Shown: positions 1-11,548, numbered from the stretch's first letter. The stretch: 64,000 bases of DNA from Naegleria gruberi (GCA_000004985.1 GG738930.1), one strand, 5' to 3'. Numbers and translations: made by a program. Notes: a model not told the origin generated them from the sequence alone.

Positions 1-3000
1 TTCACTTTCATCATACAGTTATGTTCTCATGTGTCTTCAATTTTTGCAACATTTAGAAATTTTACCATCCCTCCAACAAATTGCTGAAGATACATCACTT
101 GGATTAACTGACGAAGATTATTCCAAGCCACAACATGTCAATGCTTATAATACCAAGTATTTGAAGAATTTGGAAAAGCTTCCAACTATTTGGAAAGCCA
201 AGAACCCTCAAAAGGTTGCTTCCTATACACTTGGTCACTTGATCTACTTGTTCTTTGAATTCTATGCTAAGAAGTTTGACTTTGATACTAATTGTATCTC
301 AATTAGAGCTGGTAGTCCAGTTCCAAAGAAAAATGCCAAGACTATTATTTCACTTGAAGATCCATTCGAAATTCGTGATCTTGGATGTGTTGTTTCTAAT
401 GAAATGGGTCCTGTCATTGTTTCTGAATTTAGAAGATCTCATGAAATTTTGTCTGCTGGTGGTTCTATCAATGACTTGCTTGAGGAAAGAGAAGGAGTCT
501 CCTCTGTTAATATTTATCAAATGAAGAGAGAAGTAGGAAAACAAGGTTATGATGATTACTTAGCCAGTGAAGCTGTTGATGAAATGTTGGCCAAGGGCGA
601 ACTTTATCAAGGTGAATTGAGAGTCAATAAGAAGCGTTTCACAACTGAGGCCTATGTTTCAGTTGAAGGTTTTAAAAAGGATGTCTTGGTTGAAGGCCTT
701 AAGAATCGTAACAGAGCAATGCATGGTGATGTTGTTGCCATTAAGATTCAAAAGACCAAGGTTGTTGCTGGTTCTGTCATGAGCAATACTCAACAAGAAT
801 CTGCTAAGAGTCCAGAAGATACTGAACCTGCCACTGAAAAGATTGAAGTCGTAGCAACTGATTCTAATCTTGATGAGTCTGATGAAAATGTAATGATAAC
901 TGGTGTTGTTGTTTCGATCTTGAAGAAGAAATCACCATCTATTTTCCCATGTACTTTAATGGCTCAAGATGATATTAGAGGTTACAGATGGCTGTTACCA
1001 CTCGAAAAGACCTATCCAAAGCTCAACGTTCCTTTCGAAGAATTTGAAAAACAATTCAATGCCAAATCTATTACTTTGGAAGAAGGTATTTTCGTTGTTG
1101 AAATGAAACCTTGGAATAAGAATTCAAACTTCCCTAAGGGTGCTATTATTGGTTGCCTTGGTTTGAAGAAGGATTTGTGGAGTTTAAAGAGAGCTCTCCT
1201 CCTTCAATACTGTCCAATTATGTTTGATAATATTTTCTCTGAAAGAAAGGTTGATAGAGACACTGAAAAGGAAATTACTTCTGCAACTTCAAGTTCTGTT
1301 ATGAGTCAATCCATGGCAGGATCTACTGCAGGAAGTGTCGTGGCCAAATCTGGTCTCGAAACTCATGCAGATGATGTTAAAAGAAGAAGTGATTATGGTC
1401 AAAATCAAGTTGCAAACATTGGTGATACTATCAGTGATATCAAACTTGAATCAGTTTCTTCAGATGAAATTATTCAAATTCAAGACTGGAGAGAATCGAG
1501 AAGAATTTTCACTATCGATCCTACTGAATCCAGAGATCTTGACGATGCTATCGCCATTGAACCAATTCTTGAGAATGGCCAACAACTTAACAATGATGCC
1601 TACCGTAAACCATATGCTGGTGTTCGTAAATTCTTAGTCACTGTTGCCATTGCTGATGTTTCTCAATTTGTTCCTGAAGGTTCACCAATTGATAAGGAAG
1701 CCAGAAAGAGAGGTACCAGTGTTTACATGGTCAATAGTGTTGAACATATGCTTGATCCTTCATTGTCTCAAAATCTTTGCAGTTTGCACGGAGGTGTCAA
1801 TCGTTTTGGTGTTGCTGTTGAATTTGTAATTGATAGAGAAACTGCTACCATTGAAAAGAGTAGTATCAAGTTTAATAGATGCATGATGAGATCCGCATGT
1901 CGTTTGGACTACAACAGAGCCCAAAAGATGATTGTTCACTACAAGAATAAGTTCTTTAATGGTCAAAATGAGACTGATCCAAAACGTAGATATGGTCTTG
2001 AACCAGAAGAAGTCCCAGCTGTCTATGGCTCTTTTACCTTGGATGAAATTTATGAAGATGTTCAAATTTTCAATGAACTTTCTCAAAAGTTGAGAAAGCA
2101 AAGAGCTGATAAGGGAAGTATTTTCTTGCAAAACGAACAACTTCGTTTCGAATGTGACATGGATGGTAAAGGTTTCCCATTGAAGGTTGCCTGTGATGAA
2201 CATAATGAATCCCACATGCTCATTGAAGAAATGATGTTGGTTGCTAACGAACTTGCTGCTACCGTTTTGAATGATCATTTTGGTGATGCAACCTTGTTGA
2301 GAGTTCACTCCTCTCCAAAGGTTGAAAAATGGGCTGTCACTGTTTCATTGCTTGCTGATAAGATTTACAAGTGGAAGCTTGACAATGTTACCAGATCAGG
2401 TATTGCAGTTGAAGCAGAAAAGGAAAAGGCTCACGTTTTAGATAAGTTGGAAAAGTGCGTTAAACATGTAACAAAGGGAGCTGAAAACAATGAGAAGCCA
2501 ATTACAATTCAAAACATTATCAATCTCCTCATTGAATCCACCAAGGATTATCCAACATTGATGCATACTATTCAACACAGTCTTTTGAGAGAAATGCAAT
2601 TGGCTCAATACGCCACTGTTGGAGATTGTAAGAAGGGAAAAGAAACTACTAAGGAAATTGTTGTTGAACCAACAGATATTGGCTCCAAGAGAATGGTTCC
2701 TAAGAAGCAATTTGAGAATACTTGGCATTTTGCTTTGTGCAAGGAATTCTACACTCACTTTACTTCTCCAATCAGAAGATATGCCGATTTGGTTGTTCAC
2801 AGATTGTTGCTTCAAATGATTCGTGAAAAGAGACTCAAGGAAATGAATCAATCAGATGAATCTATTCTCAGTAAGAGAGAAACTTCCTTGTCAGCTCAAG
2901 AAATTTCCTCCATTGCTGAACATCTTAATGATCAAGCCTATAGAGCAAGATTACTCCAAGACGAATGCGAAAAGCAATACTTGGCATATTATTTGTGGCC

Positions 3001-3829
3001 AAAACTTTCCAAGTCTGTTGAAAGAGTTGAAGCAGTTGTCTTGTCTATGGGTAAGAGAAGTTTCACCCTCTTTGTACCAAAATACGGTCTCGAACTCCAA
3101 GTTAATGCTATGAAGCACTTCTCCCCAACTCCTACCACACTCAAGATGGACGAAATTGAAATGGAAAGCCTTGTTTCAAACAGTATTTTGAAATTAGGAT
3201 CTCAAAGTGGTGAAGATGAAGATGCTCCAGTTATTGGTGGTACTATTATTGAAAAATTGACCATCACCTGGTCTGGTGCTTCACAAGCCCTTATTTCTGT
3301 GGATGATGACGAAAATTCAGCTCCTACAGACTCTGTTCCTGTTGCCTCTCAACATAACAAAACTATTGAGCTCAAACCACTTAAACAAGTTCTTGTTGAT
3401 TTGGACATTAATACCTCGTCTGTTCCTCTTGAAATTATTTGTTACAATATTTGGGAAAAGGATGAAAATTTGATCAATAATGAGTTCAGTAAGAAGATTA
3501 TTGATAAGAATACCAAGGCTGTCTGCAGTAGAAATGCACATGGTTCCAAGCAATTCTCCTCTGATAGTACTACAGCTGTCCTCAAGAGCTCATCAGAAGC
3601 TCAAGGCAAGCAAATGGAAAAGCTTATCGATAACATGCAAAAGATCAATAGAAGAAAGAAATTCTTTGAACAAGACAATAACAACAATTCATCTCCATAC
3701 ACATCAGGAGGAGGTTCTTCTTCATCAGGCCCTAACAATAATTTTGAAAGAAGAGGAAAACCATTTGCAAGAGGAGGTGGTAACGTGAATTCAAGAGGAG
3801 GTGGTTCCAGAAGACAATACAATCAATAA
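1..3829 (+). CDS. 5'-truncated gene: PAP/25A-associated (Cid1/TUTase-type) domain fused in frame to a Dis3L2-like 3'-5' exoribonuclease (cold-shock domains, RNB domain, S1 domain, C-terminal RGG-rich tail)
   Basis: The reading frame is open from nt 2 with no stop; the listed ATG at 29 is internal. Residues ~50-125 (FYAKKFDFDTNCISIRAG ... ISLEDPFEIRDLGCVVS) match the PAP-associated domain of Cid1/TUT4-type nucleotidyltransferases. GELRVNKKRF...NRNRAMHGDVVAIKI matches the Dis3L2 CSD. RNB hallmarks are ESRDLDDAIAIEP and HFTSPIRRYADLVVHRLL. The tail carries RGG/RG repeats. Stop TAA at 3827-3829. Confidence 0.8.
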   Translation, partial: SLSSYSYVLMCLQFLQHLEILPSLQQIAEDTSLGLTDEDYSKPQHVNAYNTKYLKNLEKLPTIWKAKNPQKVASYTLGHLIYLFFEFYAKKFDFDTNCISIRAGSPVPKKNAKTIISLEDPFEIRDLGCVVSNEMGPVIVSEFRRSHEILSAGGSINDLLEEREGVSSVNIYQMKREVGKQGYDDYLASEAVDEMLAKGELYQGELRVNKKRFTTEAYVSVEGFKKDVLVEGLKNRNRAMHGDVVAIKIQKTKVVAGSVMSNTQQESAKSPEDTEPATEKIEVVATDSNLDESDENVMITGVVVSILKKKSPSIFPCTLMAQDDIRGYRWLLPLEKTYPKLNVPFEEFEKQFNAKSITLEEGIFVVEMKPWNKNSNFPKGAIIGCLGLKKDLWSLKRALLLQYCPIMFDNIFSERKVDRDTEKEITSATSSSVMSQSMAGSTAGSVVAKSGLETHADDVKRRSDYGQNQVANIGDTISDIKLESVSSDEIIQIQDWRESRRIFTIDPTESRDLDDAIAIEPILENGQQLNNDAYRKPYAGVRKFLVTVAIADVSQFVPEGSPIDKEARKRGTSVYMVNSVEHMLDPSLSQNLCSLHGGVNRFGVAVEFVIDRETATIEKSSIKFNRCMMRSACRLDYNRAQKMIVHYKNKFFNGQNETDPKRRYGLEPEEVPAVYGSFTLDEIYEDVQIFNELSQKLRKQRADKGSIFLQNEQLRFECDMDGKGFPLKVACDEHNESHMLIEEMMLVANELAATVLNDHFGDATLLRVHSSPKVEKWAVTVSLLADKIYKWKLDNVTRSGIAVEAEKEKAHVLDKLEKCVKHVTKGAENNEKPITIQNIINLLIESTKDYPTLMHTIQHSLLREMQLAQYATVGDCKKGKETTKEIVVEPTDIGSKRMVPKKQFENTWHFALCKEFYTHFTSPIRRYADLVVHRLLLQMIREKRLKEMNQSDESILSKRETSLSAQEISSIAEHLNDQAYRARLLQDECEKQYLAYYLWPKLSKSVERVEAVVLSMGKRSFTLFVPKYGLELQVNAMKHFSPTPTTLKMDEIEMESLVSNSILKLGSQSGEDEDAPVIGGTIIEKLTITWSGASQALISVDDDENSAPTDSVPVASQHNKTIELKPLKQVLVDLDINTSSVPLEIICYNIWEKDENLINNEFSKKIIDKNTKAVCSRNAHGSKQFSSDSTTAVLKSSSEAQGKQMEKLIDNMQKINRRKKFFEQDNNNNSSPYTSGGGSSSSGPNNNFERRGKPFARGGGNVNSRGGGSRRQYNQ

Positions 3830-3868
3830 TTCTCTTCACGAATAAATTTCTTTAAATTCAAATCCACC

Positions 3869-3918
3869 NNNNNNNNNNNNNNNNNNNNNNNNNNNNNNNN
3901 NNNNNNNNNNNNNNNNNN
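3869..3918. other. assembly gap (50 N)
   Basis: Run of N in intergenic space downstream of the RNB gene. Confidence 0.95.
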
Positions 3919-4049
3919 CAACACACCAATCCTATTAAGTTGTTCGTTCATCAAAAAACTCAACACTTATTATTATTTTGATTGTATTGATTAATCCTCT
4001 ATTTTGTTAATAGATCCTTCTTCTCATCATTGTTATTGAGAAAACAAGA

Positions 4050-5531
4050 ATGGATCCTAATAATAATAATTTACCATCTTCAACAATAGATTCCTCCCCT
4101 TCATCATCATCAAACAAAAAGACTAAGAAGAAACTTACCTTCTCTTCCTCTACTGATAATACCCAACAAAAACAACAGAATGTCCCATCACCAACAGGAG
4201 GGAAGAAGAACGTTTCCTTCCGAGGATCTTCATCCAATGAGGCAATTTCATCCTCTGCTGCTTCCTCTTCAAAAAAGAGTACTAGTATTAGTATTAAACC
4301 TTCTAGTAACAGTAGCTTTATTCCAGAAACTCCACCAGATCATGTGATGGCCTCCAATTCATTGAGAATGAGATATCTATCGGATGATATGATTGAGGGA
4401 GATTCGTCCGATGATGATAATAGTAAATCAGATTCATCTGCGAATGGAGATGATAATAGAGCTGCTTCTGTGATTAGTACGAGAACTAATTCACAGGGAT
4501 TAATGGATTTGGAAGATCAAGATGTGATTGAGGAAACACCAAAAAGGCCATCCATTAGAAAATCAGCAAAATCTGTAGCTTATACAATGGAACATTTGGG
4601 AAATAGATCTTCTTTCTATGATTTTGAAACTATTGGAATGCATCGATCAGCTACGAGATCAAATTTCACAGGAAGAACTATGGATCGTTCCATGTCTTTT
4701 TATCCAGGTTCTGCTGTGAGTCCTAGTTCTAAGCTCACTCAACAAGAATTCAAACGTAGAAATTCAATTAGAAGAATGAAATCAGTATTTGACTTTTCGA
4801 GAGATGAAAATATGCTCCACGATGGACGTGCCTTATTTTTTGATCCTGAAAGAGGAGCTTTTATTGGAGGATCAGAGGATGATTTAATGTATTCAGGTGG
4901 AATGAGTCAAGATGAAGATGAAATGAGTGAATCAGCAAAGAAAAAGTTTTCGTACAGAGCCAAGAAGTGGATGAAGGAAAAGTATGCTGCCTTTGTGGAA
5001 AAGTTAAAGATTGTAATGAGATTTATCTATACTATCACTTTTGGAGTTTTATTGTTTTTGATATTTAATTTATTCTCTGGATTGAGTTTCATTACAGTCT
5101 TTGGGGCTGATTATGGCAAAACCTTATTTAAATTATCCTTCTTTATGCTTAATCCGTTTAACAAGAGAGTTTTCTTTGGATATTTGATAGAGCAGACAAC
5201 CAGTGGTGCAGGAGAAAGAACTGGGTTGTTATCTTCTTCAAACACCTCATCAGAAAAGCAAAAGAAAAAGTATCCAATCTCAAGGTTAGTGAAACACTTG
5301 TTTTGGGTGTTACTTATTGGACTGCCAATGACTTTTGTACAATCATTTATTGTCATTATGTGTTGGTTCCCAATTATACCAATTCCAATTTCAAAACTCA
5401 TTTTCAGTATTAACAAGAACATGTTCTTGCCAAGTTTTATTGATTTGACCATTACAAGGAGAGTGGAAACATCAAATTCCAATTCAATTAATAACGAAGA
5501 TAATGATGAAGAGAAGAAGGAAGAAACCTAA
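4050..5531 (+). CDS. hypothetical Ser-rich protein with C-terminal transmembrane segments
   Basis: 493-aa ORF starting at an ATG. The N-terminal half is Ser/Asn-rich low complexity. The C-terminal ~170 aa contain 3-4 hydrophobic helices. It lies in the same frame as the downstream CAX gene, 15 nt away. Confidence 0.4.
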   Translation: MDPNNNNLPSSTIDSSPSSSSNKKTKKKLTFSSSTDNTQQKQQNVPSPTGGKKNVSFRGSSSNEAISSSAASSSKKSTSISIKPSSNSSFIPETPPDHVMASNSLRMRYLSDDMIEGDSSDDDNSKSDSSANGDDNRAASVISTRTNSQGLMDLEDQDVIEETPKRPSIRKSAKSVAYTMEHLGNRSSFYDFETIGMHRSATRSNFTGRTMDRSMSFYPGSAVSPSSKLTQQEFKRRNSIRRMKSVFDFSRDENMLHDGRALFFDPERGAFIGGSEDDLMYSGGMSQDEDEMSESAKKKFSYRAKKWMKEKYAAFVEKLKIVMRFIYTITFGVLLFLIFNLFSGLSFITVFGADYGKTLFKLSFFMLNPFNKRVFFGYLIEQTTSGAGERTGLLSSSNTSSEKQKKKYPISRLVKHLFWVLLIGLPMTFVQSFIVIMCWFPIIPIPISKLIFSINKNMFLPSFIDLTITRRVETSNSNSINNEDNDEEKKEET

Positions 5532-5546
5532 GATAAATCCATTCAC

Positions 5547-7450
5547 ATGGTTGATCCTTTCACTTTCAAAGCATTCAAGATGAAATTATTCTCTATTAGA
5601 GTTCCACTCATCAACTTGCTTCCTCTCGTTGCCTTAACTATTGGACTTCATTATGGTATGGAAGATGACTTTACAACCAAATATAGTATGGTCATCTTTG
5701 CCTTGTCAATTGTTGCTGCCATGCCTCTTGCTTTCATTATTGGCCATTGTGTTGAATCTATTGTTGCTCAAACTTCATTTGTTTTTGGAGCATTGTTGAA
5801 TGCCACATTTGGTAGTATAATTGAACTGATATTATACTTCTTAGCTCTGTACAAGGGGTTGCAGGGTGTGGTTGTGAACTCTGTAAGTGGTGCAATCTTA
5901 GGTGCTGTCTTACTTACTCCAGGGCTTGCCATGGGCTGTGGAGGTCTTAGATACAGGGAACAATACTTTAATAGATATGCTGCAGGTGTTTCCAGCATCT
6001 TGTTATTCATTGCAGTTGTTGGTGCCTTCTTGCCATGTTTGTACTACTTGTCATTTGGTGTTCAGCAATTGAAATGTGGCCAATGTTTGAATGGTTTGCC
6101 ATACAATAGAACGAAGGAAGAGCCAGATATTTATTCGAAAGGACTATTATCAACTAGTACAGCACCTTATTCATCATTTTCATCCAATATTGAAGGAGTC
6201 AACAATCCTCCTGAAGCTGATTCCTCTTGGTTTGATACTGCTAAACGTAGCTTTAAGAGTTTGTATGGTAGAAAGTACAAGAGGCCCAACAAATCAGTTC
6301 ATGGAGCGAACCTTAAAGAAATTACCAAAAAGACAACAATTGGAACAATTTATGGGGCTCCTGTCGAAATTGCTCCTCGCTCCTTCTCACCAATGGATGA
6401 AATTCAAAATTATCACACCTTATTGGACTTAAAATCTGCAGATTTATTATTGACCAGTAATTATACTCCAGTGAGTAATTTCACCAACAACAGTACCTTT
6501 AGTATTCGGTGTGTTGGTTGTGATATTTCATTGGAAGACTTTGTCCATGATCCTCTCTATGAAAACAAGGTGAGACCACTTGCATTCACAGCAGCAATTA
6601 TCTTACCATTTGCCTACTTTTTCGGATTATTCTACAGTTTGAGAACCCACAGATTCTTAATGCAAAAACCACCAAAGAAGGGATTCTCTGGAGAAGGAGA
6701 ACACCAAGAAAAAGAGCCAGAAGATGACCAAGAACAAGAGGAAACAAACTCAACAAAAGGAGATCAATTAGATGATAATAAGAGTGCTAGTAAGGCGTCA
6801 ATGGAAAATCTGAAAGATTCTGACAGCGAAGGACATGACCAATCTCTAATTAAATCAGAAAAAGACGAGTCGAACAAAACAGAAGAAGAGGAGGAGGAAA
6901 GTATTTGGCCTATCTGGTTGGCTATTTTAGTTCTCATTTTGTGTACTGCAGCATATTCGTTCGTTGCAGTTATGACTTCAGCACTTGGTAAGTTTGTTTT
7001 TTACTATATTTCTCAAATATTTAAATGAAATTGTTAACTCGTTCATCAACAAATTCAGAACCTGCCTTTGAAAGTATTGGAGTTAGTGCAGAATTTGCTG
7101 GATTAACCTTCATTGCAACTGTGCCAAGTATGGGCGAATTCCTCAATGCAATTCAATTTGCCTGGATGGACAATGTTACACTTGCTTTGGAAATTGGTAA
7201 CGTTGCTGCTATTCAAATTTCTCTCCTTCAAATTCCAGCTCTTGTCTTGGGATCCTTCCTCATCTTTGAAGGAAATGAAAATATGATTTTTTCCCTTACT
7301 TTCCCTCAATTCAATTTGATGGCCATCTTCTTCTCAGTTCTCATGTTGAATTACATTAGTAGAGATGGACGTAGTAATTACTTCCACGGACTGGCTCTGG
7401 TGTTTGTCTATATTTTCATTGTGGTTGGATTTTTCTTCATTTATCTGTAA
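5547..7450 (+). CDS. cation/proton exchanger of the CaCA superfamily (CAX-like Ca2+/H+ antiporter); join(5547..6987,7059..7450), ~610 aa
   Basis: Eleven predicted TM helices with a central acidic loop (EEEEEES). Alpha-repeat-like motifs GALLNATFGSIIELI and GNVAAIQISLLQIPALVLGS are present. One 71-nt intron (GTAAGT...TTCAG) joins the two track ORFs in phase; the junction reads ...TSAL-G-E-PAFESIGVSAEFAGLT. Confidence 0.75.
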
Positions 7451-7751
7451 TTTGTCAAGTTGGATTCAAAAATGGAAAAATTCCATAAACTAGTTTTGGT
7501 ATCGATTTAAATTCAAAGAAATAAATAATTCAATTCTTTCGATTCAAAGAAGAAATAAATACTAATTTACACCAAATGCAAGAGTCAAGCGATATTCCTT
7601 TGAATCCAATTTTTATCTATCATTCTTTCGAATAGAATTGTTTTCTTCTCTGATCTAGAGGAACTAAGAAAATAGTTTTGCAAGTCTGAAAGCTGTCAAA
7701 CTCCGTTTGACTCCTGAAAAATCCCTTAACAATCTCAAAAAAAAAACAAGC

Positions 7752-9294
7752 ATGACCCAACAACTGCACTCTTTCTCCGGAGCTCATCTCCTCCTCATAT
7801 TATTGTTAATAAATAACAGTATTATTGGCCTCGTGACTTCACTCTATGTTCCAGTTTATATCATGATGCCACTCAATACAGTGAATTCAGACGGATCGTT
7901 GAATAATCCAGAGAAAATTTACGATTACTTGCAACGAGTAAAACAAGTAGGAACAGACGGGTAAGTTTGATGATTGTGTTGAATATTTCAATTAATTTCA
8001 ATGTCATCAACTAGAATAATGATTGACGTTTGGTGGGGAATTATTGAACCATCTCCCCAACAATACAATTTCAATGCCTACATGCAACTGTTTACCATGT
8101 GTCGACAGGTGGGTTTAAAGGTGGAGCCAGTTCTTTCCTTTCATCAATGTGGAACCAATGTAGGTGATGCATGCTACATTCCATTGCCATTGTGGATTCA
8201 TCAAGTGGTGGGTGATAAAAATCCAGAGATTTTCTACACTGACCAGAATGGACACAGAGACAGGGAGTATCTTTCGCTAGGAGTTGATTCGGAAGCACTA
8301 TTTCCAAGCAATGATTCGAGAAGAAATAGAACTCCTCTCGAAATGTACGAACAAGTTATGATTCAATTCAATGCTACATTTTCTTCGTTTATTAAGGGTG
8401 GAGTAATTGATACGATTGAGATTGGTCTAGGACCTGCTGGAGAAATGAGATATCCCTCCTATCAGTTGCAAGATAATATGTGGAGTTTTCCTGGAATTGG
8501 CGCATTTCAATGGTGAGTTTTTGTTTTCAATGTTTCTGTTCAATAACACAAGAAAAATTTATGAATTATTTTCGAATACTTTCTGGATTAGTTATGATCG
8601 ATATATGCTGCAAGATTTGGCCAAGGCAGCGAGAGAAGTAGGTCATCCAGAATGGGGAAAGACAGGTCCGGCCAATGCTGGCAATTACAACTCTCGGCCA
8701 TTCGAAACTGGTTTCTTCTCTGAGAATACTTTTGATAATTATGATTCCAGTTATGGTAAATTCTTTATTGGATGGTATACAGCCAAACTTATTCAACATG
8801 GTGATGCCATTTTGGGAAGAGCTAGATCAGTATTTGGTCAATCAAGCAAATTGGCAACCAAAATAGCAGGCATTCATTGGTGGTATTATACATGGAGTCA
8901 CGCAGCTGAACTCACGGCCGGTTACTACAACACGATCCATTACAATGGTTATATTGACATTGCCAAAATGTTCAAAAAACACAATGTAGAATTCCAATTT
9001 ACATGTTTGGAAATGAAAGATCGAGAACAACCCTCCGATTGTGCATGTGGTCCAGAAGAGTTGGTTGCCCTCACACGAGAATCAGCTTTCAATTTGGGAT
9101 TGAAATATGGAGGTGAGAATGCTTTGGAAATTTTGGGAAATTACGCAGCAAATCAACAAATTGCAAAACAGTCGATTAGTGACGGCAAGTCAATTTCTAG
9201 TTTTACATTTTTGAGAATGTCAGATGAGTTGATGGCTAGTTCTCAGTATATGGGAAGTTATGCTAATCTTGTTTACGTGATGCATAATTTGTAA
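7752..9294 (+). CDS. beta-amylase (glycoside hydrolase family 14) with N-terminal signal peptide; join(7752..7960,8015..8512,8592..9294), ~469 aa
   Basis: ATG at 7752. Signal-like LLLILLLINNSIIGL. Family-14 motifs: VPVYIMMPL, GTDG-IMIDVWWGIIE across intron 1, and GIGAFQ-C-YDRYMLQDLAKAA across intron 2 (the plant motif is PGIGEFQCYDKY). Introns of 54 nt (GTAAGT..CTAG) and 79 nt (GTGAGT..TTAG) keep phase. Confidence 0.85.
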
Positions 9295-9930
9295 TTGGAT
9301 TCGAATAAAATTTGGTGGAATACGAAAGGTATAGTTTGTGAGTTGTCGATGATCAAGTGATTGTATAAAATGAATTTTGTTAGCAGAGAAATGGTTTCTT
9401 TTGTTTTGGACTTTGAATTATGAGCTAGGGAGGTCAATGTTCTATAAATGAATCTAACGTGCATTTTGTACGATTGACTAAACTCCTTATCCGAAACTTG
9501 TCTGTTAAGTATCGCGCGAGCATCAATAATAATGGTAGATATGCAGTTGACTAGTGCACTCTATGCATTTTTATATTCTAAACATTGCATACCATTAGAA
9601 CAATCAAAAGAACATTCGAATAATTTATACTAATTGACAAGATCTCTTTTCCAAAAAATACAGATCTGGTATTCAGAGATAACCATCATTGTTATTTTCA
9701 TGCAGCGATAACTCAATTGATAGATACCAAGTAGTTGCTTTCTTATTCGAAAGTAGTCGATTCTATCAATGTAATTACCAGTTATTGTCGAAACCGGGTC
9801 TATATTTGGTATGTAGCACTTATCCTGCACAAAATAAGAAACTCAAAGCCAATTTTTGGTAGATAAAAGTTTAGACAACTTTCGCTCTCTTTCGTCCAAA
9901 TTAAAAAAATTGTCAACACACAACAATAGC

Positions 9931-11532
9931 ATGCCAACCTCCACCTCAACAGCTGCTGCAGCCACATCAAGGAAACAACGTGATGGGTATGAATTATTAG
10001 TCATTCCACTTGAAGCAGTCATTGGCTATACGAATCTCTTGTCGAAAGAAAACCGAAACTCATTATCAAGCTTTAGAAGTCATGATTCGGCAAATTCATC
10101 AAAAAGTAAAACCACCAACACCACAACCAACCTTTCGTCCAATTTACCAATTGACATTGCTCCACTCGATGAATTACGTTGTAAATTTGAAAATCACATT
10201 TCGAGTGGTGAGTTGAAAAATTGTGCCACATTGAATTTGCAAAAATTGCAATTTCTTGACAGATTTTACGATTCCAAGAGGAAGAAACCTATCAAGTTTG
10301 AGAGAAAGATATTTTATTCGAAATTGAATAGTTTTATATTCGAGTTGATACAAGATTCGAATTGTCAAGGATTGATTATTCAGAATACAGCAGTTGAGAA
10401 TGGTTTCTTATTGCAATTTGATATGATTCAATCAGAAAATGAAGGAATGATTCCACTTTTCTCTGAACATGCATATATTCGAAACTGGTTTTCGAAACAA
10501 CAAGCTAATTACAAATTATTTATGGAAGGAAAAGACATAGCACAAGAGATTGACATTGATAATGGTCAATTGGGTTTAATAGTTAACATGTTCTATTCAG
10601 ATTTGAAAGAATTTTTCTTTTACTTTCAAAAACACGAAACTAAATATTGTAAAAACTGGATTGAAGATAATATTCTAACACTTCCTAAATTCCTCCTCGT
10701 TGACTTGAAAGCCAAACAAGATAAGATTGCTAAATATAGAGATTTATTGGTTTACAAAGAAGAGGATATGAACAATAGGATTGTTCTAGATTCGGATTTT
10801 GAATTTATTTATCATTTGGCTGAGCATACGAGTGATTGGAAACTTTCTAAACATTCGAAACTTGGTTCCTGTCATGTCTATTCATCCAAGGAGAATTACA
10901 CAACTGTTACAGGAACGAAAATCCAGAAATATGTCCACACTGTAAATATGAGTATTGAAAAGTGTACGAAAGCTTTCTTTTCATACGATGCAAAGGATTT
11001 AATGATAATCTTTGGTGATTATAGAGATTACAAGGAATTGGATAACAGCAATTCATTGAAAAAGTATAGTAGTGTGGTGAGAAGTTGTACAGTGGATTTT
11101 GGAAGATTCTTCTCGAAACGTTACTTGGAAACTGTCTTTGCCACAAAGGGAAAATTTGTGGGTTCTGAATTGGTTGAGGCTGTCTATCTATTCAAGACTT
11201 GTGACATTGCAAATAATCAAAAGGAACAGAAAAACAGATGCATGACTATTGGAGGAGCCATTCTCCAAAAATGTGGAGCTAATTCCACACGTTTCACAGA
11301 CATCAAAATGTTCAATGTTGGTGGAATCTTACAAAAGGATTTCATAATCAATAATATTGGAATTAAGTTGTACATGAAGCAGATTCCTTCCTACATGGAT
11401 GGCATGACTAAATCATTGGAAAAGATGGGCGGAAAGGTTGATGAGAATGAGAAACCAATTTGGAGAACTTTCTGTGATTATGCCAGAGCCAACTATAAAA
11501 TTGATCCAAATGAATTACCAGTGTTGGATTAA
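9931..11532 (+). CDS. hypothetical protein (no recognisable domain)
   Basis: Long ORF; the track start at 9856 is TTG and the first in-frame ATG is at 9931. Ser/Thr-rich N-terminus. Stop at 11530-11532. Confidence 0.4.
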   Translation: MPTSTSTAAAATSRKQRDGYELLVIPLEAVIGYTNLLSKENRNSLSSFRSHDSANSSKSKTTNTTTNLSSNLPIDIAPLDELRCKFENHISSGELKNCATLNLQKLQFLDRFYDSKRKKPIKFERKIFYSKLNSFIFELIQDSNCQGLIIQNTAVENGFLLQFDMIQSENEGMIPLFSEHAYIRNWFSKQQANYKLFMEGKDIAQEIDIDNGQLGLIVNMFYSDLKEFFFYFQKHETKYCKNWIEDNILTLPKFLLVDLKAKQDKIAKYRDLLVYKEEDMNNRIVLDSDFEFIYHLAEHTSDWKLSKHSKLGSCHVYSSKENYTTVTGTKIQKYVHTVNMSIEKCTKAFFSYDAKDLMIIFGDYRDYKELDNSNSLKKYSSVVRSCTVDFGRFFSKRYLETVFATKGKFVGSELVEAVYLFKTCDIANNQKEQKNRCMTIGGAILQKCGANSTRFTDIKMFNVGGILQKDFIINNIGIKLYMKQIPSYMDGMTKSLEKMGGKVDENEKPIWRTFCDYARANYKIDPNELPVLD

Positions 11533-11548
11533 TAAATGTATTATTTGT

